Source: Candidatus Hydrogenedentota bacterium (lineage in GTDB: Bacteria > Hydrogenedentota > Hydrogenedentia > Hydrogenedentales > GCA-2746185). From it: a stretch of 10,291 nucleotides of DNA. A program made the translations under genes and the position numbers. The notes beneath the pieces are model-generated. The model ran no database searches. It worked only from the letters and a program-made list of their open reading frames with translations, and was not told where the DNA came from. This document shows, piece after piece, positions 1 to 8,341 of this stretch (the stretch's first letter is position 1; every line of letters begins with the position of its first letter). Location: NCBI GenBank assembly GCA_046583315.1, contig JAYGCN010000219.1, forward strand, positions 1 through 10,291, given 5' to 3'.

Positions 1-947
1 CTCCAGGGGTCAGAGTTCCCGTACATGCAGCCGCACAGCTTTTTCGCGCGTATCGGGAAGGCCAGCGCACTGAACGAGAACATATCTTTCGCGCCGCCGA
101 GTCCCACCAGCACCGTCGTTCCGCCGTTACGGGTGACCGCATAAGCGAGTTCCATCACTTTCGGAATGCCAATCACTTCAAAGGCGTAGTCGGCTCCTAC
201 ACCCCCCGTGAGTCCCTTTACCGCCTTGACCGTATTTTCATCCGAAAGCACCGCGTCCGTGGCGCCAAATTTCTTGGCCATCTCCAACTTCTCTTCAGAT
301 AAATCAATCGCGATAATCGTTTTAGCGCCCGCCAGTTTCGCGCCCTGAATCACTGACAGCCCCACGCCGCCACAACCCAGCACAGCAACGGTCGAACCTT
401 CTTCAATCTCCGCCGTGTTGATTACTGCGCCTACACCCGTCGTCACACCACACCCGATCAACGCGCCGATGTTTAACGGAACATCTTTCTCAACCGGCAC
501 AACGCTGATCGATGGCACAACACAATACTCCGCCATGCATCCGAGACCATTCATTACTTGAATATCCTCGCCGTCCAACTTCACACGCGACGTGCCGTCC
601 AACTGACGGCCCTTGTTCACCGCGTTGGCCTGTCGGCACAAATAGGGCTGACCATGTTCGCAGTGAAAACACTCGCCGCACTTGGGCACGAAAGAAAGAA
701 TCACGTGGTCACCGGGAGACACGGTATCAACACCCTCTCCCACTTCCTCAACGACACCCGCGCCTTCATGTCCTATAATAAAGGGAAACATCGCGGGGAT
801 CGTGCCGTTGATGCAAGACAGATCGGAATGACACACCCCGGTCGCGACCATTTTCACGAGCACCTCGCCCTGCTGCGGTCCAGACAATTCGACTTCCTTC
901 ACTTCAAGTTTATTCAGCTCAGTAATGACTGCGGCCTTGATTTTCAC
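1..947 (-). CDS. Zn-dependent alcohol dehydrogenase (MDR superfamily), 3' end outside the window
   Basis: Absent from the ORF track because it has no stop in the window. Manual translation from GTG at 947 (GAGGGAG SD upstream) gives MKIKAAVITELNKLEVKEVELSGPQQGEVLVKMVATGVCHSDLS...GHEGAGVVEEVG...CGECFHC...C. Further on are LIGCGVTTGVGA and the Rossmann motif LGCGGVG. The same frame still reads as ADH at the window edge (KLCGCMYGNSDPW). Confidence 0.95.
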   Translation of the reverse strand, partial: MKIKAAVITELNKLEVKEVELSGPQQGEVLVKMVATGVCHSDLSCINGTIPAMFPFIIGHEGAGVVEEVGEGVDTVSPGDHVILSFVPKCGECFHCEHGQPYLCRQANAVNKGRQLDGTSRVKLDGEDIQVMNGLGCMAEYCVVPSISVVPVEKDVPLNIGALIGCGVTTGVGAVINTAEIEEGSTVAVLGCGGVGLSVIQGAKLAGAKTIIAIDLSEEKLEMAKKFGATDAVLSDENTVKAVKGLTGGVGADYAFEVIGIPKVMELAYAVTRNGGTTVLVGLGGAKDMFSFSALAFPIRAKKLCGCMYGNSDPW

Positions 948-1113
948 AGTGGATCTCCCTCACTTCCTATAATAATGTGTAATAACCAATTGATAAGTCC
1001 GTCAAAAATACCTTTTCCGCCCCAAATCAGTCAACTTTCGACGCATTGAGTCAAGTCCGCGCTGCATGCCATGATTAGAATTCTGAATATGAGCAAATTA
1101 AGGAATCAACATC

Positions 1114-1683
1114 ATGCGATGCACTCACATAATCATTGGAATAATCCTTTTAGGTTCACTTTCCACCTACGCGCAGGACCAACAGCAACAGGTGTTCGTC
1201 GGCAGACTCGAAGAGGACCGTGCCGAAACGGAAATCTCCCCCATCCCCGTGCGCAACGATGTCGCCCAACCCTCCGAGCCCATCGTCACCAAGCGATACT
1301 GGAAAATCGAAAAAGGTAACTTCCCCGAATTTTTGAAGGTCAGCCAAGAAGGCGTGTGGCCCTTCTTTGAGAAAATCGGCTCGCGCGTAATCGGCATGTG
1401 GCTCGTTGTCCATCCCGAAGAAACCGATTCTGAAGGCTCCCCCGACTATGACGAAGTCTACCTCATGACCCAATACGCCAGCGTCGAACACTGGAAAGCC
1501 ACGCGTAAAATGGCCGAGATGGGCGGCAACGGTCCCGACTGGGTAAAAGCCCGCGAAGCCATCGCATTCCGCAGGTCCGTGACCATCGAAACCCGCCTCG
1601 AATTCCTCCAGGGATCCACCTGGAACAATCCCCCCTACTACCTGCCCGGCCTCGGTGAATCCTACGCGGAAACCAAGGAGTAA
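1114..1683 (+). CDS. Secreted hypothetical protein with a probable NIPSNAP-like alpha+beta domain
   Basis: 189 aa ORF with AAGGA SD. N-terminal signal peptide MRCTHIIIGIILLGSLSTYA/QD. The segment RYWKIEKGNFPEFLKVSQEGVWPFFEKIGSRVIGMW...VYLMTQYASVEHW resembles the NIPSNAP pattern. Confidence 0.7.
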   Translation: MRCTHIIIGIILLGSLSTYAQDQQQQVFVGRLEEDRAETEISPIPVRNDVAQPSEPIVTKRYWKIEKGNFPEFLKVSQEGVWPFFEKIGSRVIGMWLVVHPEETDSEGSPDYDEVYLMTQYASVEHWKATRKMAEMGGNGPDWVKAREAIAFRRSVTIETRLEFLQGSTWNNPPYYLPGLGESYAETKE

Positions 1684-1765
1684 TCGCCCAAAAACTTGCT
1701 ATTTCTACACTAGTTTCATTACCCTTTGCGCTTTCCCATCCTCGATGACCACAAGGAATTCATCC

Positions 1766-2944
1766 ATGCAATCGTTTCATCCCCCACGCCGAACGCTTAT
1801 GGGCCCCGGCCCTTCTGATATCAATCCACGTGTCACCGAAGCCCTGTCCCGCGATACGCTCGGTCATCTCGATCCCATGTTCATCACGCTCATGGATCAA
1901 ATCAAAGAGATGCTGCAATACGCTTTCCAGACGAAAAACAAAATGACCTTCCCCGTATCCGCGCCCGGTTCAGCCGGCATGGAATGCTGCTTCGTCAATC
2001 TCGTTGAACCCGGGGACAAAGTTGTCATCGCACAAAACGGCGTCTTCGGCATGCGCATGAAAGAAAACGTCGAGCGTTGCGGCGCTACTCCGATCATGAT
2101 AGAACAAACCTGGGGCGAGCCCGTCAACCCAGATCTCGTCAAGGAGACGCTCGAAGCCAACCCCGACGCAAAAATTTTCGCCTTCGTTCACGCCGAGACA
2201 TCCACCGGCGCACTCTCCGACGCAGAGACCCTCTGCAAAATCGCGCACGACAACGATTGTCTCGTGCTCGTCGACGCGGTGACCTCCCTCGGCGGTTCAA
2301 AACTAAAAGTTGACGATTGGGGCATCGACGCCATTTATTCCGGCACCCAGAAATGTCTTTCTTGCGTTCCGGGAATTTCTCCCGTCAGTTTCAGCGACCG
2401 CGCGCTCGAAGTCGTCAAGAATCGCAAAACCAAAGTCCAAAGCTGGTTCCTGGACATCAGCCTTCTCATGACCTATTGGGGCGGGGAAGGCAAACGCGCC
2501 TACCACCACACAGCCCCCGTCAACGCCATGTATGCCCTTCACGAAGCCCTCGTCATCCTCACCGAAGAAGGCCTGGAAGACGCCTGGGCGCGCCATATCC
2601 ACAATCACAACGCGCTCAAAGCCGGCTTCGAAGCCATGGGCCTGTCCTTCATTGTGGACGAGTCCGCGCGACTCCCGCAACTCAATTCCATCTCCATTCC
2701 CGAAGGCGTCGACGAAGCTGCTGTCCGCACAGCATTGCTCAACGAATACAACCTCGAAATCGGCGCGGGACTCGGCGCGATGGCGGGTAAAATCTGGCGC
2801 GTCGGACTTATGGGACATGCTTCAAATCAAAATAATGTACTCTACTGCCTTGGAGCAATGGATGCTATCCTCTCCGGTATGAACGCTCCCATCAATAGCG
2901 GCGTCGCCGTTGCCAAAGCGCGGGAATACTACGCCAACAACTAG
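1766..2944 (+). CDS. Alanine--glyoxylate / serine--pyruvate aminotransferase family (class V, PLP-dependent)
   Basis: Start moved from 1655 to ATG 1766 (AAGGA SD upstream; MQSFHPPRRTLMGPGPS). Motifs LMGPGPS, VHAETSTG, LVDAVTSLGG, SGTQKCLS (PLP lysine), YHHTAP and WRVGLMG are present; 392 aa. Confidence 0.95.
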   Translation: MQSFHPPRRTLMGPGPSDINPRVTEALSRDTLGHLDPMFITLMDQIKEMLQYAFQTKNKMTFPVSAPGSAGMECCFVNLVEPGDKVVIAQNGVFGMRMKENVERCGATPIMIEQTWGEPVNPDLVKETLEANPDAKIFAFVHAETSTGALSDAETLCKIAHDNDCLVLVDAVTSLGGSKLKVDDWGIDAIYSGTQKCLSCVPGISPVSFSDRALEVVKNRKTKVQSWFLDISLLMTYWGGEGKRAYHHTAPVNAMYALHEALVILTEEGLEDAWARHIHNHNALKAGFEAMGLSFIVDESARLPQLNSISIPEGVDEAAVRTALLNEYNLEIGAGLGAMAGKIWRVGLMGHASNQNNVLYCLGAMDAILSGMNAPINSGVAVAKAREYYANN

Positions 2945-2955
2945 GAATTAGTCCG

Positions 2956-3372
2956 ATGAAAGACATCTACACACTCTACCTCGCCATCTCCGCCTGGATC
3001 GGCCTGGGCGTCATCGTCTATGTTGCATTCGTGCGAATGCAACTCGTCGAGCGCGACACCAAATTCCCCCAGGAAGAAGGAGTCGAACCCGAAGCCAACT
3101 ACCACGGTCGCGGCGGATGGAACGGCGCGCGCGCAGTCCGAAATCCATTCGCACGCCTCTCGCTCTACGGCGATTTTTTCGTCGCCGGATTCAAAACCCA
3201 GCGCATCGTACTCCCCTACTCCGCGATCACAAAACTGGAGCCCCACGAGCGCTCGGGAAAAACATGGCTACTCATCAACGCAACCGATCCCGAGACCGAC
3301 AAGAACTACGAGATGTATTTCCTGAATCCAGAAATCGACGCGATTCAAAAGTCAATCGAGTCGAAAAGATAG
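2956..3372 (+). CDS. Hypothetical protein with an N-terminal transmembrane helix
   Basis: 138 aa ORF with AGGA SD, tightly packed between the aminotransferase and panE and with similar codon style. Hydrophobic N-terminus LYLAISAWIGLGVIVYVAFV. Confidence 0.75.
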   Translation: MKDIYTLYLAISAWIGLGVIVYVAFVRMQLVERDTKFPQEEGVEPEANYHGRGGWNGARAVRNPFARLSLYGDFFVAGFKTQRIVLPYSAITKLEPHERSGKTWLLINATDPETDKNYEMYFLNPEIDAIQKSIESKR

Positions 3373-3375
3373 TCT

Positions 3376-4338
3376 ATGCCGACTGAGTCCCCGCTGAGCA
3401 TTCTCGTCATGGGGGCCGGGGCACTCGGCTGCGTCACCGGCGGTCTCATGGCCAAGGATGGTCATGACCTCACCTTCATTGGCCGTGCCAAACAAATCGA
3501 TGCCATGAACGCGAACGGCATCACCATCACCGGCATCTGGGGCGATCACCACACCGATACCTTCAGCGCTGTGACGTCCATCAATGACGCACCGAAAAAA
3601 CACTACGACCTCATCCTGCTCGCCGTGAAATCCTACGATACCGAAGCCACCCTGCCCCTGCTCAAGCCACACGTCTCCGACGACACACTCATCATTTCCT
3701 ATCAAAGCGGACTCGGGAACGCGGAACTCATCGCGGCAGCGTATGGCTGGGACCGCTGCGTGGAAGCCCGCGTCATCTTCGGCGCACGCATCACCGAACC
3801 CGGCATCGTCGACGTAACCGTCATGGCGCACAAGACCGCCCTGGGCGTCTATCACCACACGCCCTACCTCGACAAAATCAAGCGTATCGCCGAAGCCATG
3901 GATGCCTCAGGCGTACCCACCGAATTCGCAGACAACATCGCCGCAGTGCTCTGGTACAAACTCGCCTACAACTGCTCCCTCAACCCCCTCTCCGCACTGT
4001 TCGACGTGCCCTACGCGAATCTACTCGATACCGAAGACCGCAAACAAACCATGTGCGAAGTCCTCCAGGAACTCTACGCCGTCGGCCACGCGCTCGGCAT
4101 CCAACTCAATCCCCCCACCGCCGCCGACTACATCGACCTGCTCTTCGGCACCCTCATCCCCAACACCGGCACCCACTACGCCAGCATGCGCGAAGACGTC
4201 GTCCACCAAAAACGCACCGAAATCGATTCCCTAAACGGAGCCATCGTCCGCCACGGCAAAAAACACGGCATCCCCTGCCCCACCAACGCCAGGCTGACCA
4301 AGGCAATCAGGGAACGTGAGGCTAAAGAGCGGGGCTAG
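3376..4338 (+). CDS. panE: 2-dehydropantoate 2-reductase (ketopantoate reductase, PanE/ApbA family)
   Basis: GAGALG Rossmann motif, DLILLAVKSYD, WYKLAYNCSLNPLSAL (catalytic Lys), ASMRED and RTEIDSLNGAIV (catalytic Glu); 320 aa. Confidence 0.9.
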   Translation: MPTESPLSILVMGAGALGCVTGGLMAKDGHDLTFIGRAKQIDAMNANGITITGIWGDHHTDTFSAVTSINDAPKKHYDLILLAVKSYDTEATLPLLKPHVSDDTLIISYQSGLGNAELIAAAYGWDRCVEARVIFGARITEPGIVDVTVMAHKTALGVYHHTPYLDKIKRIAEAMDASGVPTEFADNIAAVLWYKLAYNCSLNPLSALFDVPYANLLDTEDRKQTMCEVLQELYAVGHALGIQLNPPTAADYIDLLFGTLIPNTGTHYASMREDVVHQKRTEIDSLNGAIVRHGKKHGIPCPTNARLTKAIREREAKERG

Positions 4339-4354
4339 ACTTCGAACCAGGATC

Positions 4355-4378
4355 AAAAAAACCTCTGACGCGCGTCAG
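4355..4378 (-). terminator. Possible intrinsic terminator of the lipoprotein gene
   Basis: Perfect 14-bp palindrome CTGACGCGCGTCAG (4365-4378) overlapping the stop codon, followed on the minus strand by AGG and T7. It lies between convergent genes. The stem is short. Confidence 0.35.
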
Positions 4379-4890
4379 TCCCGCAATTCAACAGTGTCCA
4401 GCAATCGCCATGATCCATTAACTCTAATCATTTCGTCCAGCTTCAGATCTTTTTCTACACCATCAATGAGGAGAACAGCATGCACGTTATCGAGAATAAG
4501 CGTATCCGCTCTTAGCGTGAGTGGACCGAATTCCTCCCCTTGCCCGATCAGTATTGGATCACCAGCAAAAGACATATCCATCCGCACGAATTGCGCGCCC
4601 TGCATTTTTGAGTGCAGACCACCCAACGAAGCGTTGAATCGTTCCTCCATCGCATCATAGGTGCCATTGAAATCCGCGCTTTCGAACAGAGAGGCCAACT
4701 CGTCATAAGAAATGAAGAGGTGATGAACCGCTCCACGATCCCCCGTATCCATCGCATCCACGAATTGGCGGGTCAGGGCTTCCGGCGTGCCGGTCACTGC
4801 CTGAGACATTCGCCCCGTAGCCACCCCATGCTGGCATCCCACCAAAGTAAATGTAAAAGCAACAAGCAATAGACGATACACGTAAACCAT
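4375..4890 (-). CDS. Hypothetical lipoprotein
   Basis: Start moved to ATG 4890, with a strong SD (GAGGAGG) upstream. MVYVYRLLLVAFTFTLVG/C is a hydrophobic signal ending in the lipobox LVGC; 171 aa. Confidence 0.75.
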   Translation of the reverse strand: MVYVYRLLLVAFTFTLVGCQHGVATGRMSQAVTGTPEALTRQFVDAMDTGDRGAVHHLFISYDELASLFESADFNGTYDAMEERFNASLGGLHSKMQGAQFVRMDMSFAGDPILIGQGEEFGPLTLRADTLILDNVHAVLLIDGVEKDLKLDEMIRVNGSWRLLDTVELRD

Positions 4891-4935
4891 GATGCCTCCT
4901 CTCGTTAACGAATTATTAGACAATTGCGCTCCAAA

Positions 4936-4964
4936 AGTGTAACTGGTCCCTTCTTGACTGTCAA
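4936..4964 (-). promoter_or_regulatory. sigma70-type promoter for the lipoprotein gene
   Basis: Minus strand reads TTGACA (4964-4959), a 17-nt spacer, then TACACT (4941-4936), about 45 nt upstream of the ATG at 4890. Confidence 0.65.
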
Positions 4965-5015
4965 CGAGGGATTCATGGAATATGGGTATATACTTGGGAA
5001 GGTAAAAGGAGCACC

Positions 5016-5607
5016 ATGTACATCCCCAAACACTTCGAGATAACCGACCAACAAGAAAAATTCGCGTTCATCGAATCAAATGCCTTCGGGCAGTTTATTT
5101 CGACGGTCGATGGCCGCCCATTTGCCACACACATGCCCTTCTATCTCAGTGCCGACAAAACCAAACTCATCGGACACTTCGCCAAACAAAATCCGCAACA
5201 CAAAGATCTGCAAAACCCGGAAGTGCTCGTCACGCTACAAGGGGCCGCACGACTACATTTCACCCTCGTGGTACTCGTCTCCCGGCGTGCCTACGTGGAA
5301 CTATCAGGCGATGCACATCTACGGGAAATGCGCCGTGTTCGACGATGTTGAACGGCTCAAAGAAGTCGTCGATGCGCTCACCGCAAAGTTCGAGTCATCC
5401 TTTGAAACACCATGGGAACCTGATTATCCGGCGGCACGTCTCGGCGCCGTCATCGGCATCGAAATCGCCATCACAGAAATCCAATGCAAATACAAACTCA
5501 ACCAGAATCGGTCTGCGAGGGATAGGGGAAACGTGATCGAGCAACTCAAGACTCAGGGTTCGAACAAACTGTCCAACGCCATGCGACGAAACGGGCGCAC
5601 ATGCTGA
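5016..5607 (+). pseudogene. paiB: FMN-binding negative transcriptional regulator (PaiB family), split by a frameshift
   Basis: Frame 1 gives MYIPKHF...ATHMPF...GHFAKQNPQ...VLVTLQG and frame 2 continues GPHDYISPSWY...VPTWNY...KYKLNQNR. Removing one G from GGGG at 5241-5244 joins them into a 196 aa protein. SD AAGGAG. Could be a sequencing error. Confidence 0.85.
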
Positions 5608-5954
5608 TTAGTGCAACGATATTGACCGCCCTCATCGGATTCGGCTGTCTCGCAGGAGGAATCGCCGTTGCCAGTGGAAAGGCCGCGCAATGGCCGGACA
5701 TCGTCGTTTCGGAATCCACACTGAAACGGATAGGCGTAGGACTCTTCATCGTTTCCGCATTACAATTTGTTGCTGTAGCGACTGTCGTGTTGGATTACGA
5801 CGTTGCAATCCTTATCATGCTGGCCAGCACCGCAATATTCCAGGCTGCCGGGTTCTCAGGAAACAAAGTTCTGTTCGGCGACTATCGCCCGAAACATACC
5901 GGAACCAATTCCGTCATCGTCGCCATCATCTGGGGTCTACTACTGTTCGCCTAG
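5601..5954 (+). CDS. Small multi-pass membrane protein, hypothetical
   Basis: 117 aa with about 4 hydrophobic segments. Its start overlaps the paiB stop, and its stop overlaps that of the convergent TPR gene. Confidence 0.65.
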   Translation: MLISATILTALIGFGCLAGGIAVASGKAAQWPDIVVSESTLKRIGVGLFIVSALQFVAVATVVLDYDVAILIMLASTAIFQAAGFSGNKVLFGDYRPKHTGTNSVIVAIIWGLLLFA

Positions 5955-6787
5955 TTCCTCGGCCCCAGTATCGCCTTACACACCGGATGATTCGCATCAA
6001 CTTTCTGAAGACGCTCGGCCATTTCCTTGGCGCGATCTCTTTTCTCCATCCGTTCGTAACACTGCGCCTGACGCGCCAATGCCTCCACGATTCCGAAATT
6101 TTCACCGTAGGCTGAATACGAACGTTTTTCGTCAATGCGATCTTCCGCGCGACGATAGCATTCCAGTGCGATCACGTAATCGGATTGCACAAACGCGATT
6201 TCCCCACGAAGATAATGCCCTTCCGGTTTTGCCTCGTTCATCTCCAAGTATTTGTTGATGAGGTCGTCGGCTTTGCTCAACGCGCGTTGACTCGTGGACG
6301 AGTCTTCGGTCAATTGCGCCGCGCGACCGATCATAAACAGACACGCGTAATTGGCTCCTGCTTTTTCCAGGGATTCCTGCGCATACTTGAGCGCGCCGGC
6401 CCAGTTGCCTCCGGAGAATTCCACCTTCGCAATGCCGAGCAGGGCTTTTCCGTTGTCCGGTTTGTCATTCAGGACCGCGTTGAAGTGAACCTTGGCCTGT
6501 TCCAGATCGCCCGTCGATGTCAGCGCGGTCCCGAGGTCGATTCGCGCGGCATACAGTTTCGGACGCTTCTTGGCGACCTGCATCAGCAACAGAACCGCTT
6601 CCTTATGGCGACCCAAACGCGTATAACATTTCCCGAGCTGATGATACGCCGTCGCTATGGAGCGATCATGCCGAACGGCCCCCTCAAAACATTCCACGGC
6701 GCGATTCAAATCGCCTTTCATGGATGCAGTGAGGCCTTCGTCGTATAGACTCTCTGCATTGTCTCCGCCGAATGCTTCTTGCGACAC
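5951..6787 (-). CDS. Tetratricopeptide repeat protein
   Basis: 278 aa, GTG start with AGGAG SD, 14 nt downstream of aroB. Repeated TPR-like helices (AYHQLGKCYTRLG, ARIDLGTALTSTG, ALLGIAKV, GHYLRGEIAF). Confidence 0.85.
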   Translation of the reverse strand: MSQEAFGGDNAESLYDEGLTASMKGDLNRAVECFEGAVRHDRSIATAYHQLGKCYTRLGRHKEAVLLLMQVAKKRPKLYAARIDLGTALTSTGDLEQAKVHFNAVLNDKPDNGKALLGIAKVEFSGGNWAGALKYAQESLEKAGANYACLFMIGRAAQLTEDSSTSQRALSKADDLINKYLEMNEAKPEGHYLRGEIAFVQSDYVIALECYRRAEDRIDEKRSYSAYGENFGIVEALARQAQCYERMEKRDRAKEMAERLQKVDANHPVCKAILGPRN

Positions 6788-6801
6788 CGTTTTGCTCCTG
6801 A

Positions 6802-7884
6802 TTATAGAATCGCCTGTAATGCCGCGCGGGCCTGGTCCTCGCTAATGTCCGTTCGATGCACCACGTGGCCCATCGCGTCCGGCACCACAAACTTCATCGT
6901 GCCCGCGCGCACTTTCTTGTCATGTTTCATCGCAGCAAGGGTTTCGTCGACGGGCAATTCCGGCCAGGTCGTCGGTAATCCGTAGGCATCGAAACACGCG
7001 CGCTGTCGTGCAACGAATGCGCTATCTACCAGACCCAAACTCTCGCCCAGTGATGCCGCCGCACACATGCCCAGCGCTATCGCCTCGCCGTGCAAAAATT
7101 TCTCGTAGTGCGTGACCGCTTCAATGCCGTGACCGAAGGTATGCCCGTAATTGAGATTCGCGCGAATGCCCTGTTCCGTTTCATCTGCAGCAACCACGGC
7201 CGATTTGATTTCGCAAGATCGCTTCACCGGAATCGTGAGCGCGTCCAGATCGCAGGCCAGTATCGCGTCCACGTTGTCTTCCATGTGCGCGAACAACGAT
7301 TCATCCGCGATCACGCCATGTTTGATGACCTCTGCCAAACCCGCGCGCAACTCTCGCTCCGGCAAACTGCGCAGCAAGGTCATATCGATCAACACGGCTT
7401 CCGGCTGATGAAATGCGCCGATGATGTTCTTGCCGAGCGCATGGTTCACACCCGTTTTGCCGCCCACACTGGAATCCACTTGCGCAACGATCGTCGTAGG
7501 TATTTGTATGAAGGGAATGCCGCGCATGAAGGCCGCCGCGCCATATCCGGCGATATCTCCCACCACGCCGCCGCCTAACGCAATCACGAGGCTCGAGCGA
7601 TCAAGGCCGCCTTCGAGAAAATCACCAATAAACGACTCAACCTGCTTGAGACGTTTGTTCGATTCACCCGCAGGCATCACGCAACGCACGACTTTTCGGC
7701 CGTTCATCCCAAGTAACGCTTCCACCTGCTCAGCATACAAAGGTGCCACCGTCGTGTCCGTCACCAACGCGAGTGTACCGTCCACGCCGGCATTGTCGAC
7801 CAGCCCGGGAAGCTCACCCAAGATGTTTTGCCCTATCAAAATGGGGTACGACCGCTCCCCCAGCTCTACCTGTATTGTCTCCAT
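6802..7884 (-). CDS. aroB: 3-dehydroquinate synthase
   Basis: VELGERSYPILIG, ALGGGVVGDIAG, RGIPFIQIPTTIVAQVDSSVGGKTGVN, KNIIGAFHQP, NLNYGHTFGHGIE, LHGEAI and HDKK; 360 aa. Confidence 0.98.
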   Translation of the reverse strand: METIQVELGERSYPILIGQNILGELPGLVDNAGVDGTLALVTDTTVAPLYAEQVEALLGMNGRKVVRCVMPAGESNKRLKQVESFIGDFLEGGLDRSSLVIALGGGVVGDIAGYGAAAFMRGIPFIQIPTTIVAQVDSSVGGKTGVNHALGKNIIGAFHQPEAVLIDMTLLRSLPERELRAGLAEVIKHGVIADESLFAHMEDNVDAILACDLDALTIPVKRSCEIKSAVVAADETEQGIRANLNYGHTFGHGIEAVTHYEKFLHGEAIALGMCAAASLGESLGLVDSAFVARQRACFDAYGLPTTWPELPVDETLAAMKHDKKVRAGTMKFVVPDAMGHVVHRTDISEDQARAALQAIL

Positions 7885-7930
7885 GCAAATCCTTATCCAC
7901 GACGTTCAGTTGGTTTAGTCCCTGAACGTA

Positions 7931-7939
7931 TGTTATACT
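7931..7939 (+). promoter_or_regulatory. Extended -10 element for tRNA-Pro
   Basis: TG-T-TATACT, ending 13 nt before the mature tRNA 5' end. Confidence 0.5.
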
Positions 7940-7952
7940 CTCCAGTTCGTGT

Positions 7953-8031
<79 letters not shown>

Positions 8032-8059
8032 TTTTCCCTCTCGTTTTGCATACTATAGC

Positions 8060-8088
8060 AGAATAATTGGGTCAAATCCCCGTGTCAA
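8060..8088 (-). promoter_or_regulatory. sigma70-type promoter facing tRNA-Pro (antisense) and aroB
   Basis: Minus strand reads TTGACA (8088-8083), a 17-nt spacer, then TATTCT (8065-8060). A second extended -10, TGCTATAGT, lies at 8060-8052. Confidence 0.55.
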
Positions 8089-8112
8089 TGCATTGTATGG
8101 TATCCTCACCGC

Positions 8113-8295
8113 ATGCAAACCCACTACTCCATCACGTGCCCCCATTGTTGGCAGACTTTCGAAGTCCCCCTCGACATTTCCGCCGGCGATCAGTCCATCA
8201 TCTACGACTGCGAAGTGTGCTGCAATCCGTTGGAGATCGATTACGCGCTCAACGGCACCGAAGTCATCTCCTGCGAAGTGACGAACGTCCAATAA
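8113..8295 (+). CDS. CPXCG-motif cysteine-rich (zinc ribbon) small protein
   Basis: 60 aa with CPHCW...LDISAGDQSIIYDCEVCCNP, the characteristic pattern of this family. Confidence 0.85.
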   Translation: MQTHYSITCPHCWQTFEVPLDISAGDQSIIYDCEVCCNPLEIDYALNGTEVISCEVTNVQ

Positions 8296-8306
8296 TTCAT
8301 GGATCG

Positions 8307-8335
8307 TTGCGCCGCCCCACCGTGTCTGATACCAT
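8307..8335 (+). promoter_or_regulatory. sigma70-type promoter for the methyltransferase gene (leaderless geometry)
   Basis: TTGCGC (8307-8312), a 17-nt spacer containing TG at 8327-8328, then TACCAT (8330-8335). Six nt separate it from the ATG. Confidence 0.5.
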
Positions 8336-8341
8336 TTCCCA

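Noticed and set aside
990..1005. FNR-like TTGAT-N6-GTCAA upstream of the ADH
   Set aside because: The spacer is 6 nt rather than 4 and one half-site is imperfect.
490..1049. ORF-track entries 490-681, 512-778 and 558-1049
   Set aside because: Shadow frames of the Zn-ADH gene, which the track missed because it runs off the window.
1655..1765. N-terminal 37 aa extension of the aminotransferase
   Set aside because: It overlaps the upstream gene and lacks family similarity. The SD and family N-terminus fit ATG 1766.
1..4338. ADH + aminotransferase + reductase as a methylotrophic serine-cycle or other novel pathway cluster
   Set aside because: No diagnostic partner genes are present, the families are broad, and the ADH is divergently transcribed. 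Nothing supports it beyond adjacency.
7893..7901. DnaA-box-like TTATCCACG
   Set aside because: A single 8/9 match next to the aroB SD on the other strand, with no box cluster or origin context.
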